Positions 12,662-26,100 of a DNA stretch of 64,000 nt are shown here, piece after piece. Numbering within the stretch: the stretch's first letter is position 1; every line of letters begins with the position of its first letter. The DNA comes from Lingula anatina (lineage: Eukaryota; Animalia; Brachiopoda), in assembly GCA_051362555.1 (NCBI GenBank), contig CM120640.1, positions 3,968,001 through 4,032,000 on the forward strand. The letters are read 5' to 3'. The translations under genes were made by a program, and so were the position numbers. The notes beneath the pieces were generated by a model. The model saw nothing but the letters and a program-made list of their open reading frames with translations, was not told the DNA's origin and did no database searches.

Positions 12662-15600
12662 TCAGTTTGTTTCTAGGAAATCATGGGTTCTCAAAAGAAA
12701 CACAGGAATTTTCACTTTAATCATGTCTCCATTTTTCTTCTCCATTGTGTATGCTCCCCTAAAAAGAGAAATATGATCAAAAGTTGGATACACAAGTTGG
12801 AATTGTGAGAATAGTTTCATTGGATCTCAGTTTTGATAGTCAAAAAAGTTTTCATTTATGATAGATCCACATATTTGATTTACCTGTTGACTGTTTCGTC
12901 TGTTCACTCTGACAGACTTGGTCACAACTGCATAGGACAGATAAAGAAAAGGTTTGGTTATGAGATGAGGGCACAATACTTACCACATGTAACCATTACT
13001 AGTGTGGAGTTCCACATAACTTCTGTACTGAAAGGTTGGCCTGTTCATGTTAAGTATAGGTTCCTGAATTTAAAAAATCATATTTGAAGTACACGATCAT
13101 ATTCATTTCTATTTTTGTCTTCTGAAATCAACAGCCTCAATGATAATGGTTATATGACAAACCTTACCTGCCCTACAACCCCTTTTCCATTTACAGTCTG
13201 ATTTGGACCTCCTGATATATGCCAATGACGCGACCGGAGCTGAACCTGTTCTTTGTTAGTGTTCTCTATCCTTATACAATAAACCCAGATCTGTAAAAGA
13301 GTACATTAAGATTACAGTTAAATTGTTATTAAACAGAAAAATTAAAATCATCATTTCACAACCTTTACTCAAATGTAAAAAAAATAGTTTAACTCATTCA
13401 GTGTGGAACTTCCTCCACAATCAGATCAACTCTAGTAGTACTAATGATACTTACTAATATCAAAATTTTGCAGATACATTAGTAATTGTTCCAGATAATT
13501 ACATATATGTTACCTATATACTTACATATTTGTTTTGGTCATCTAGTATAGGTATAACATCCTAAAATGGTTTAAATAAAGAATGTGTAGAAATTTAGCC
13601 TTTGTTTGAAGTCTTTGCTGTACTTTAAATATAACAATACTTGCTGAAATACGAAGAAATTTCTTCTATCACATGTGCTTCATATCAAGGTGAGTTAGAT
13701 ATATCATTGTTTAATATTGTCATTATAATCATTATGACATTGTTGTACAATACCAATGACAAAAATGTCACTGTGAAATAAACTATCAATATCACACAGG
13801 GTAAAAACATACCACAAGGGATGGCATAACTGTGACCTTAATTCCATGAGTGCAAGCCACATAGACATTTAAAGGCTCCTGTAGGTGCATTTTACATTTT
13901 TTCTTCCAGTTATTTAGATGAGCTCTAGGCCTACAGTTAGGGACTGAAAATGAAAGGAAAAGATCAAATATTAAATTGTTTACAGCAAATCTATTATAAA
14001 AAAACCAGTGATAACTCATGATTAATAAACAAATATGGAGCTTCTGGAGATGAAGGAAGATTGTAGTTATGTCAGGCGAAGATTTAAAAATTCCAAATTT
14101 TTATTCTGCCTTACCTTCTTTGAAATTGTATGTGAAAAAATTCTCGAATTCCGCATGTTCTACGGGCCAATCTGACACTGTTGATGTGTATGGTAACATG
14201 TCTTCATGGGCAACAAAGCCAAAGCCTGTAATGGATACGACACCAAACATTAACACACTCTTTGTGCCTTTGATGTGATCATATCATCAATATGAAAATC
14301 TTAAGAACTGGTCTCATATTAGAAATGACTGATAAAGCTTAGGTCACAACACAGTGTTATGATCTATATGTGGCCATGCCACATCACCAACTTGAAGGAA
14401 CAGAGGGAATGCCTTGACTACCTATGATGAGCTAAACTTAATCAGATGCCACACAAAGCATTGTAAATGAATGCACACTGACACATTCACTAAGTAGTAA
14501 TATAAATATATTGCAATTATGTCCTAAGCAGACTTTTACAGGTAATCATACCATTGAGTATCTGTGGTTTCAATTCACCCTTTTGAGCCATAAAAATACA
14601 TTCTTCATTGCCAGCCTGCAAAAGACAAAAGTAGTTCAAATTAATAATGATTCATAAACCATTTCTACTATTGAACCATTTTGATTCTGTATCCACAAAT
14701 TTCCAATTCAAAACATAAAAACATTATCATCGCTAATTTACCTAAAATACGTATTCAAAGATTTCAACAGATCTTACATTATAAGAAAACTTACCCCTTC
14801 CATACTTGTATCCTCCAGGTCTACAAGCACTTGGTAATAAATTTCTTCTGCTGGCAGTTTTATAACATCAAGACTTGTATAACAAAGAAATTAATACATT
14901 TACTTGAAACTGCAAAATTATTTTTTTTATTTTGCACTGAATATCAAAGCAACTCAATTCATCAATTGGACATGTCATGCTTCAAGTTGATTAAAATTTT
15001 ATTTAAAATGCCATGCTTTCGAAAAGAAAAAAAACCCACAGCTTCCAGCAAATGATGCATCAGAAAAATGTAATTCCAAATATCATTTACTGTAGACAAG
15101 CATGTAATAACTATGTTCCTACCTGCCATCTGGTGTTACAGATATATCTCTGTCATCATAAATCTTTGCCTGACATGGATATAAAACCACTCCTCTGTAT
15201 CCAAGTTTCTTGTGGATAAATAGCTAGAAAACAAGTTTTTTTTAAACAAGTTTTGTTAAAACATAACTCCTCTGTAGCTAAAAACAATTAACATCCCGTT
15301 TCACATACAGAAATTTTATCATTACTATTACTATTCACAATGCGGCCTTACAGGTACTATTACGTACTGCAAGATAATCGTCCTGTGGAGTACAGAAGCA
15401 AATTACTGAGATGTGATATTCAAACATTAAAAGTGAAATACTTGATGTCATGCATGGTTTGGAAAAGTCTCATTATTATGCATATGGCTGTAAAGTCACA
15501 GTTGAAAGCGACCAAAATATTAAGAATTCAATTTTCAAGAAGGATTTGAACAGGATGATGTTAGAAATTCAAAAATATGACATCAGCGTCAAACATGTGC

Positions 15601-16804
15601 CAGGAAAGAACAATCCAATAGCTGATGCTCTTTCCAGATTATCCTCATGCAAAGGCGTCACCATTGAAGGTGTAGATGTCACTCTACACAAGATTGACAT
15701 GCAGCTAAATGCTAGCCCTACTAAAACAGATACTAGATGAAACATCATCTACTCCCTTCATAATTTCATTATACAAGGATGACCCAGTACAAGGTTGGAG
15801 TATCCTGCACCTCCAAGACTTTTGGAACTGCTGTGATGAATTATCAGTTATGATTCGTAGTGACTAATAGTTCAAATATTCAGTTAAGCACTACGGATAT
15901 AGACAAACATTAAAATGCAAGTGTCTGGTGTCTTCAAGTCACCAATATCTAGTGTCCTTAAAGTGGTAGTGTAACATAAACAAGTCTGACAGCAGGGGCC
16001 TTTAAGGTCACCTCCTAGGAACAACGTCTTGTATATATCTCAGCACATATAGAAATGAAATCAGTTGTAGTAGTTTCCATTCTTCTTGAGAGTTGTTCTA
16101 TGATTCTCCTCATGAAATTAATTAGTGTCCATTTAAACATAGAAGTACTTCTATGATTTAAACAACCCGTGAGACCATTTCATTGACAGTCACCATCTCA
16201 AATCATGAACATTTGATTTAATATCATAGATGGATAACACAATGTACATTAATCCTATACATAGCTATAATTCCTTTTAAAAAAATTTAATATTGTATAC
16301 TCAAACAGTTATAATGACAATCACCTGCCCACTGTTGTATTGTCCTTTGAGATCATTTTGCTGATTTCCAATATGGACACCATAACTGTAATATAAAAAA
16401 GTTTTTTTAAAAATCAGTATTATTAACTAATTAATCTCACAAAAAACATTTCAGTTTTGTTTAATTGATTGTATTTTGTCTCTACTGCTAATGATGTAAT
16501 TGACTTTGAATAAACGTGCACTAACTCTGGAATATGAGGACCCACAGAGATTGTCAGGAAGTGGATATTCAGAGGTATTTAAGGGCCTCAAGGTTCACAT
16601 ATCGTTATGAGGTCTTACCAGCTGTAAGGCTTAGGGTACCGTGGGAATGTAGGGCCAAAAACTGAGGCTAGTAGAACCGCGGACTAATAATGGCTATAAT
16701 ACTGTATTTTTGCATAGAGAATCGTACCTTATTTGCCTTGAAGTGCATAACTTGTTGTTTTGTTTGAAGGCAAAAGTAATGCTTTTCGCGACTTTTCGCA
16801 TCAT
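12662..16804 (-). CDS. POLDIP2: POLDIP2-like protein B, ~11 exons, convergent with copy A
   Basis: Exons ~16804-16728, 16385-16325, 15223-15123, 14875-14795, 14615-14552, 14225-14115, 13943-13823, 13561-13526, 13290-13168, 13063-12984, 12758-12662 give KGQYNSGQLFIHKKLGYRGVVLYP, YYQVLVD, FVAHEDMLPYTST, WVYCIRIEN...QLRSRHWHI...VNGKGVVGQEPIL...PTFQYRSYVEL...GYMWGAY; presequence-like MMRKVAKS...RQISY. Confidence 0.92.
15350..15850 (+). mobile_element. Decayed Ty3/Gypsy pol fragment (RNase H region) in an intron of POLDIP2-like B
   Basis: Frameshifted peptides VLQDNRPVEYRSKLL and RMMLEIQKYDISVKHVPGKNNPIADALSRL, typical of Gypsy RNase H. Confidence 0.8.
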
Positions 16805-17122
16805 CGTCCCTTGCAGATATTTGGGACAAAGTCAAAGATCTTCTGGTAAAGAAGAGCAAAATAAAGTACACAAGTTAAATCAAGGACAGGCTGAGGCGAA
16901 ACTGTTGTTTGATTTATTAATTATCATGTAAAATCTAAAGGAAAAAACATGATTAAAGTATTTATCTTAAGCTCAGGGATTTTGTAAATTAATGGTTGGG
17001 GTAAAACAGTCACACGTGACTCCAAAAAAATACGTTGGTCTTGCCTTGGGCAAAACACGTGTATTTGCTCTCGCCTGCCCTCTATAAACCGGAAGTTCTG
17101 CTATCCATGTGGTCACAGCAAA
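16805..17122. promoter_or_regulatory. Bidirectional promoter POLDIP2-like B / PES1
   Basis: Divergent ATGs ~320 bp apart; two CACGTG E-boxes (~17033, ~17056) and ETS site CCGGAAGT (~17089). Confidence 0.65.
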
Positions 17123-20100
17123 ATGGTGAAGCACAAGAAAAAGGTATGTGTATCAAAGTGGTGGAGAAATTGTTATTTGAATTATCTAAAGCAGTCCTTA
17201 CTTACTGATCGCACGTTTAACACATTATCATAGAGACTTGTCCAGTATTTACATGTACTGTAGTTTCTTGCCAAGATGCCCTCAGTACGCTGTACAGTAC
17301 TGAGGGTTTAACATGCTTACCGTGTAAGTACATGTAGGCTAGGACCTTACATTGAAGCTGTGTGCCCCAATGGTGGACCCATTAGAAAACAACACTTAAC
17401 TAGGGTTGTTGGAACCTAAACAGATTTTAAGTGAACAGTGAATTTAAACACAATGTATTTTTCCTTTATGATAAATGTTTGTATATGGGCATTTTTACAA
17501 TCCTGGGCACTTTTCGGATTTTCCCACATATTGCTAATTAACAAATTACATACATATGATCAAAGAATTTTTTTATCACTATGTTAGAGAATGGTGTAAG
17601 TGAAGATAAACACTGAAAATAGAAACCAAATATCACCACCGAGTCCAAAGATATGCTAAAGCAAAGCCCGAAAAATGACCAAAAATTTTTCCCGTTTTAG
17701 TCATATGAAATAAAAAGCAATCTGAAATAAATTAAAACAGTGTTTGACATTGCATTTCTTTGGATTATAAAACACTCAGTAGTATGGTGGAAGCAAAAAA
17801 GTTTAAATATTAACAGGAGAGAGGTGTATCCTAGTAAAAAAAGTCTTTTAATGGCATGCTGGTATTTCCGTTAAACGAAATGTCCATTCCGAAACAAAAA
17901 TAAATGACTTTCAGAAAATATATCATAAAACATACAGTATAATTTACCATCCTAATCATTATTTGGATGTATTGGTATTGTTTGCATCAAATAATGAAAT
18001 CTGCGCAATGATTCTGGAGCTTGACATGGAGTGCAAAATAACCCTACCGTGTTTTTCCGTTAAATTTGTCCATTCCGAAACATTGGGTTTCTCTTACATA
18101 AAAAGAACATGTTGACACCTAGCCAGTAACAATATATATTTCTCTAAAGCCCAGGACATGTGATATTTATTTTTATATAAGAAAACCCCAGTGCACAGAA
18201 ACCCATTTAACTGTGGTCTTTTTTGAGATGCTTGTTAAAAATTGTCCATTCCGAAACAAAGTACCTTTACATTGCCAATGTTATAAATAGAGAGAATTCT
18301 GTCTTTAATGCTGTATGTTTCACTTGACATAAGCAAATTACTGTTAGAGCATCATGCATATGACATGTAAATAATAGAAAAACATTTCTTCAGTGGCATC
18401 TTTTTAAATTTCTATATATATCCTCAACAAAAAAATTCATTTTTGCGAGTCAGGATCTTTTCTTTGGATCTACTAGAACTTCCATTGCATACTTTCCCAA
18501 AGTTCATGTATTTCAAAGTTAAATTAACAATTAATTGAAGAGATTATATCAGTATAAATAGAAATATAGGCAATTTGGATGCTTTGTATCGGAAAGGACA
18601 TTTTTTAACACATTGTCTAAAACACTTGTTTACTCTTTGGTCTGCTCATCTATTTATTATTCATGAGGAAGAGGATGATGGGAAGCACATCAAATTTATG
18701 TAGAATATAATTTTGAATAATATAGCTTATCTTACTTTAAATACTGCTTACTTTTGATGTACAAAAAAGTATTCGAAAATAGTTATGAGGCTACACGTGT
18801 TAAAGTTGCAAAGGTCAGTTCACTGGCACGGTTTACAGAGGCGCTTGCAGGCAGACACAGGGTTATAATTAACTTCCTGTGATTATCTATAATATATACA
18901 TACATCATGATATATATATATATACACCATTTAAGCAATTTCGTTAATGTTAAATAAATGTCCATTCCGAAACACAGGACATGCCTAAAAGGACATATTT
19001 AAAAATGTAATTACTAAATTTAAACCTGACCTTGTCAAATAATATTTTATACAGCTATGAGCTGTAACAAAAGGAAGTAGAATAGGGTATAATGGAGTGT
19101 AGAAGACTCTATTTTATATCATGATCAAATACTAAGGGAGTAACATTTAAAAAAAGAATCAAAAACTATCCAAAATGACCAATTAATGTAATAAAAACAA
19201 TTCAGTTTTAATCTAGTTTACTCATATTTTGTCTAATGATTGCTTCACCTGTACCTTGTAAACCAACATACTATGAGATCTTAAGGCAATTTCATAAATG
19301 TTAAACAAATGTCCATTCCGAAACAAGGACATGTCTAAAAGGACATATTTATAAATGTAATTACTAAATTTAAACCTGACCTTGTGAAATAATATTTTAT
19401 ACAGCTATGCACTGTAACAAAAGAAACTGGAATAAGGTATAATGGCATAAAGAATACCTGGAATATATCTCAGAATCAATATTTAATAAAATAAAATTCC
19501 AGTAATGAATTACTAGTACAAAATAGACAAAACAAGCACAAAATGTAATAAAAAGACTTCAATTTTAGTTCAGCTTCCACCTATTCTGCCCAGTTATTCA
19601 TAGACTTCACCTAAAACTTATAAAAACTCAAATACTACAATATATTAAAACAATATCATAAATGTTAAAAAAATGTCCTTTCCGAAACAGGGATGTTTCG
19701 GAAAGGACATTTATTTTAACATGACACTGCAATTAGCACACATGTCCGTGCAAAATAATATTTTACACAATCATGAAGCATAACATAAAGAACTAATGCA
19801 AGGTAAAGTGAAGTACAGAAGTCCTCAGAATATCTCAGAATCAAAAACTTCATGGAGTCACATTTAATACTGAAACAGGAAAATTACAAAATGTCATTGA
19901 TTCGTCAAATTTTGGATATTTTCATCCATTTTTTTTGCAAATACATAAAAGAGCAATACTCTCTGAGTAAAACTAAGTGGTTTTTTGGAGATCAATACCT
20001 TAAATTACCATAAAAGTCACACACTTCAAGGTTTAGCTTATGAAAATTAAAAAAATGATTTTCAAAATTCAAATGATCATATCTTTATACATACACAAGG

Positions 20101-23100
20101 TTTTATCTCAGGATTGTCATTTCTTATACCCTTCAGGTCTATACTTTCAAGAAAAGTACACATTTCAACACAAAAATGACTTCTATTTTTGACCCTTGTT
20201 GGGAAAAAAAGGAGCCCAGGATTGTAAAAATGCCCATATACAATGTACATGCATTTATACTATATTCCATTTCGCCTCTCTTATATTCTCTGTTTACATC
20301 CGACTGTGTGGCTTCGTATCCTGATTGCTTGATTGTTAAGTTTGCAGATGATACCACCTGCGCTGGCTTTATTAGCACTTCCGAGTCTGACTATCGAAAT
20401 CAAGTTTCGGCCCTTGTTTCATGGTGCTCTGAAAACGACCTCGAGCTTAACGTTAAAAAGACAAAAGAAATTATTGTAGATTTTAGGAAAAACCCAACAG
20501 AAATTAGCCATCTTACGCTGAATGGTTCTGAGGTTGAAATAGTCAGACATTTCAAATTTCTTGGCATACATATATCTGATGATCTTAAATGGCACATTAA
20601 CATAGATGATATTGTCCGCAAAGCTCAGCAAAGACTCTACTTTCTACGACGATTGAGGTCATTCTATGTCAACCAAGAACTGCTGGCAAAATTTTACCGG
20701 GCTGTGATTGAGAGTGTGCTAACACAATCTTTCACCGTCTGGTACAGTAGTGCTACAGTAGAGGACAAGAATCGCCTCAACCGCGTAGTAAAAACTGCCA
20801 GGCGCATTGTAGGTAGGGACCTGCCGTCTATTGAATGTTTGTATACGAGACGAGTGCTCAAGAAAGTAAAGTCAATCACGAGTGACCCTGGTCACCCAGC
20901 GAATAGCCTACTTATGCATATGTCAACAAGCCGACTGCGGTCATTAAAAGCAACCTCCACGCGCACTAAGAATAGTTTTTATCCATCAGCAGTACGTATT
21001 TTTAATGAACAAAATGTATTTTAATAATTCCACTGTATCACATTTTATCGACAGATCATACCAACTTTCATTTTATATTTGTATAAATATGACAATAAAT
21101 TATTATTATTATTATTTGATTAAGCAACACCACCTTTGTTAATGCCCATCGTTTGTTTTATTTCCAGTTTGAGAGTGGTGCAGCTACGGCATATGTGTCT
21201 AGAAACCGGGCACTGAAAAAATTACAGCTGTCATTACCAGATTTTAGGTGAGGAAATAAGATTTGAAGTCTCAGTATCTTGACATAATTTATTGAAGGTG
21301 CACTTTGATATTATATGTTAAAGATTCCTGAGAAAAAACTCATGCTTAATTAATTTTTTGGGGTTAACAGTATTTCTTCTTACTAGTCAACCTTTAATCC
21401 CACTTTTCTGATACTGGCTATAACTCAGTAACAATCTGGGAAAACAGCAAAGTCCTTATGGTTTAAAATATGAGCAATAAGTATTAATTACTTGTCCTCA
21501 GGTAACTTCAACAAGAAATGGTTTATAAATGCACTTGACATGTGTTTGAAATAGTACACTTTGCCTCTTTATAGTTTGTTATGAAGTCAAGATGATGATC
21601 CCAATAATGGTAGTGATGATGATTGAATCCTGTGATACACATCTTTTAGTTATTTAACTTAATACATTTAATTAAAGAGTAAATTGTAACATGTGTCCTA
21701 AGGTAAGAAAAAGTAATGGCCAAGCTCATCTTCACAATGGCACATGTATATTGTTCCAGGCGACTATGCATCTTAAAAGGCATTTACCCCCATGAACCCA
21801 GGCATAAGAAGAAGGTGGGGAAGGGCAGCACAGCCCCTAAAACCTACTATTTTTACAAGGACATACAGTTCATGGCACATGAACCTATCATACAAAAGTT
21901 TAGAGCATTTAAGGTAGGTGCTGTTTGAATTTATGTTTACGATTTAAGATTTTTTTACATTGGACAAGGGTTGTTGTGTTTTTGATGGTTTTTCATCAGA
22001 GAAGACCACTTGTTTTAAAGGGTATTGTTATTCTGATGGAATAGGACACTTTGTAGACATTTTTTGGTATTGGAATTGTTATGACACTTGGCACATTTGT
22101 TGTTATCACAACATTCCGTTTATAATTTACAGATTTTTGTCAGAAAACTGAAGAAGGCTCTTGCTAAAAATGAATCTGATAAAGCAATGCGCCTTAGAAA
22201 CAACAAGCCCAAATATCAGCTGGACCACATTATCAAAGAAAGGTATATATGTAGATATCTTGTATCTTTCTTCACCCAAGAGATTATGAAATTTTGGGAC
22301 TAAAATGTATTCAGTCAAGTTGAGCATTATATGAAAGTGCTTATAATACATTAGGTATATTCAGACAGTTTACTTTATTTCTCTCCAGGTACCCTACCTT
22401 CATTGATGCTATACGAGACTTGGAGGACTGCCTGTCTATGTCATTTTTGTTCTCAACTTTTCCTAAGACCAGAAAGACTCACTCAGAAATCATACACTTG
22501 TGTCGCAGATTAACAGTGGAGTTCATGCATTATGTTATTGCTTCTAAGTCATTGAGAAAGGTAAAATTATTCAGGTTTAACAGCAGATAATGTATTTTTT
22601 ATAGTTTTTATAGCACTGCCATTGTTAATATTTGTTAAAGTCCTGTTTAATACACCAGGTGGATTTATATGTGTTATGGTAACAAGATTGAGAATAGTTC
22701 CATCTATATTCTCAGTCCTAGACCTGCTGAAATATGTATACTAAATCTAGTCATAGATTTAAAAACTATTTATATGGATGGTGTTGAACATACCAATGTA
22801 TTTTATTTTAGGTATTCATTTCCATCAAAGGAATATATTTTCAAGTGGAGATTTTGGGTCAAACAATAACTTGGGTTATTCCTCACAAATATGGCTATGA
22901 TGTAAGTCCTTGCGATCATTAAGTATTTCCCAGATCTTGATAGAATTATTTTCGTGATGCAGTTGTTGAGTAATATAAAATTATTGTGGCAAATTTGTTC
23001 TGTGTAAATAATGCCAATGCTATAAGTTTTTAAAATAAGCTGATATTTCTTAGCAACAGAATTCCCACTTTTATAAACAAATATGAAATTATATTTCAGC

Positions 23101-26100
23101 ATCCTGAAGACGTAGACTACAAAATCATGGCCACCTTTGTGGAATTTTACACCACAATGCTTGGTTTCATCAACTTCAAATTGTACAATTCCCTTAATTT
23201 GCATTACCCTCCAAAGGTGAGTTTAACTTGTAATCCATCCATTTATTTGGGCATTTTTATGTACAGACACAGATGTGTCTGTACATATAGCCATCATCTG
23301 CGTCTGTCGTCGCCGTCGGCGTCGCCGTCGTCGCCGTCGTGCACTTTTACCGATAACACGATAAGTGGAACACCGTTTTTGCTTTTGGCTTGAAACTTAC
23401 AGAACTGGTGAATATTCCTAATACGCAGGTCAAGTTCGAAAATCAGCATGATCGGGCCATTTTTAGGGAAGTTATGCTGTTTTTTCACTTTTTTCAGCAT
23501 ATATGCAGCACCGATAACACGATAAGTGAAATAACATTTTACCTTTTGGCTTAAAACTAACAGAACTGATGGATATTCATAATACGCAGGTCAAGTTTGA
23601 AAATCGGCATGATCGGGCCTTTATTTTAGAAGTTATGCTGTTTTTTCACATTTCCTCAGATTCAATTATTAGGCATGTGAACAGTCTCATTATTTAACTA
23701 ATAAGATACGTAAAAGTGTTTGTTTGATATTTCCTGCATCTTTACAACATTGTTAATTGATTGTGTAAAAATGATGGTAAACTTGTTATCGTGTATTGTG
23801 TAATAAAGTGTCAAAAATGGTAGTAAACTCATCATTGCAGTTTGTCAGATTCAATCATACACTATGTTCAGAATCTCAGAATGGAGGAAATTGGACATTA
23901 AACACTGTTCTATTGATATTTTTCCCATCTCATCAATTTTCTTAGTTGGTCATATAAAAATGGCAACAAACTGTTTATTTTGTTTTATGTTAAAAAAATG
24001 TTAAAAATGGAAATAAACCCATTTCAGAACAGTGCTGTCTTGTTTACATTTTGGCATTTTTAAGATGTGACTTTGAAGTTTCATGAGCCTGCAGACCTTT
24101 GCTAATCACATTTTCTGAATATCCATGATACTAATATTTTATGATTAAAAATTGATGGTCATTATGCTGTTAAACATTATGTAATATTGCATCAAAATTT
24201 GAAGAAACCCCTGTTTTGTATGATGACCATTTAAGAAAAACCATGTCACTTACTGTTTTCAAACTTGCAGGAAAGAAACATAGGGCTAAAATACAGCTTC
24301 AGTAGGCAATGCAGTCTGTTTGGTAATTTTTTCTGGCAGTTAAACAGTTTTTTGTGAAAATTTAATTTTTCACATATTGGCATTTTCAAGGTGTGACTTT
24401 GAAGTTCCATGAGCCTGCAGACCTTTGCTAGTCACGTTTTCTGAATGTTCATGTTACTAATATTCTATTATTAAAAATTGATGGTCATTATGCTGTTAAA
24501 CATTATGTAATATTGCATCAAAATTTGAAGAAACCCCTATTTTGGGCACTGCTCCCATGATGACCATTTAAGAAAAACCATGTCACTTATTATTTTCAAA
24601 CTTACAGGAAAGAAACATGGGGCTAAAATACAGCTTCAGTAGGCAATGCAGTCTGTTTGGTAATTTTTTCTGGCAGTTAAACAGTTTTTTGTTAAAATTT
24701 AATTTTTCACATATTGGCATTTTCAAGGTGTGACCTTGAAGTTCCATGAGCCTGCAGACCTTTGCTAGTCACGTTTTCTGAATGTTCATGTGACTAATAT
24801 TCCATTATTAAAAATTGATGATCATTATGCTGTTAAACATTATGTAATATTGGATCAAAATTTGAAGAAACCCCTATTTTGGGCACTGCTCTCATAATGA
24901 CCATTTAACAAAAATCATGTCAATTACCGTTCTCAAACTTACAGGAAAGAAACATGGGTCTAAAATACAGCTTCAGTTGGCAATGCAGGCTGTTTGGTAA
25001 TTTTTTCTGGCAGTTAAACAGTTTTTTGTGAAATTTAATTTTCCACTTATTGGCATTTTCAAGGTGTGACTTTGAAGTTCCATGATCCTGAAGACCTTTG
25101 CTTGTCACGTTTTCTGAATGTCCATGTTACTAATATTCTATTATTAAAAATTGATGGTCATTATGCTGTTAAGCATTATGTAATATTGCATCAAAACAGA
25201 AGAAAACACAATTTTTGGTGCTGCTGCTATGATGAGCATTATGGGAAAACCGTGTTATGACTGTCAAACCTTTAAAAAAGAAACACAGGACTAAAATGCA
25301 GAATGAGTTGGAAAAGCAGTCTAATTGGCTTCTTTTTCTGGAAGTTATACATTTGAGTGAAATATTCATTATCTTTTTGGCATATTCATTGTGGGACTCG
25401 GAGCTCCCATGGACATGAAGCCGAATGGTAATCAAATTTTCTACATGTCCATGCTATTTATTGTCAATAATCAAAGATTGGTGATAATTATTCTATAATT
25501 TATTATGTAATGTTACATCAAAATTGACAACAATATTTTTGCATTGCTACTGCAAACATTATGAAAAGAAAACTGTTACTTATTATTATTTTTAACTTAC
25601 AAGTATGATTTTTAGGATTGGCATGCAGTTCAAATTAGAAAGCCAGGTCAATTGGGTTATCATTTATTATTGAATTTATGCAATTTTGTGTGAAATTTTC
25701 ATTTTTCTCATTCTGGCGCTTTCTAAGTATAAACTTGAACTCTGATGGGCCTGAAGCCTTATGCTTTTACTTTCTTTGTTGTTACCTGTTGTGTATAATT
25801 AAAATTTGATGTTGACTGTGCAGTAAAACATAATGTATTATTGCATCAGAATTGGTAGTCTCCTATTTTGTGCATTATTGTTTTGTGCTTTTCTTAAGAT
25901 GTGACTTATGGGCCTGAAAGACCTTTGAGAGGGTCAGTCTGTTAATATCCCTTGGGTATCACTTAGCTAATTTCTGAGTTATAAAGTCATTTGCCTAATT
26001 GATAGGCCATTAAAGGAGATTACATAAAGCACACTTGTTGATATTTCCTTGTAAACTCCCAAAAGTTAAGCTCTCTGCTAGATTAATAATAAGGAAGCAG

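Noticed and set aside
20176-21024. 282-aa ORF as a host gene
   Set aside because: LINE RT fragment; its first ~30 codons derive from the neighbouring transposon end and flank.
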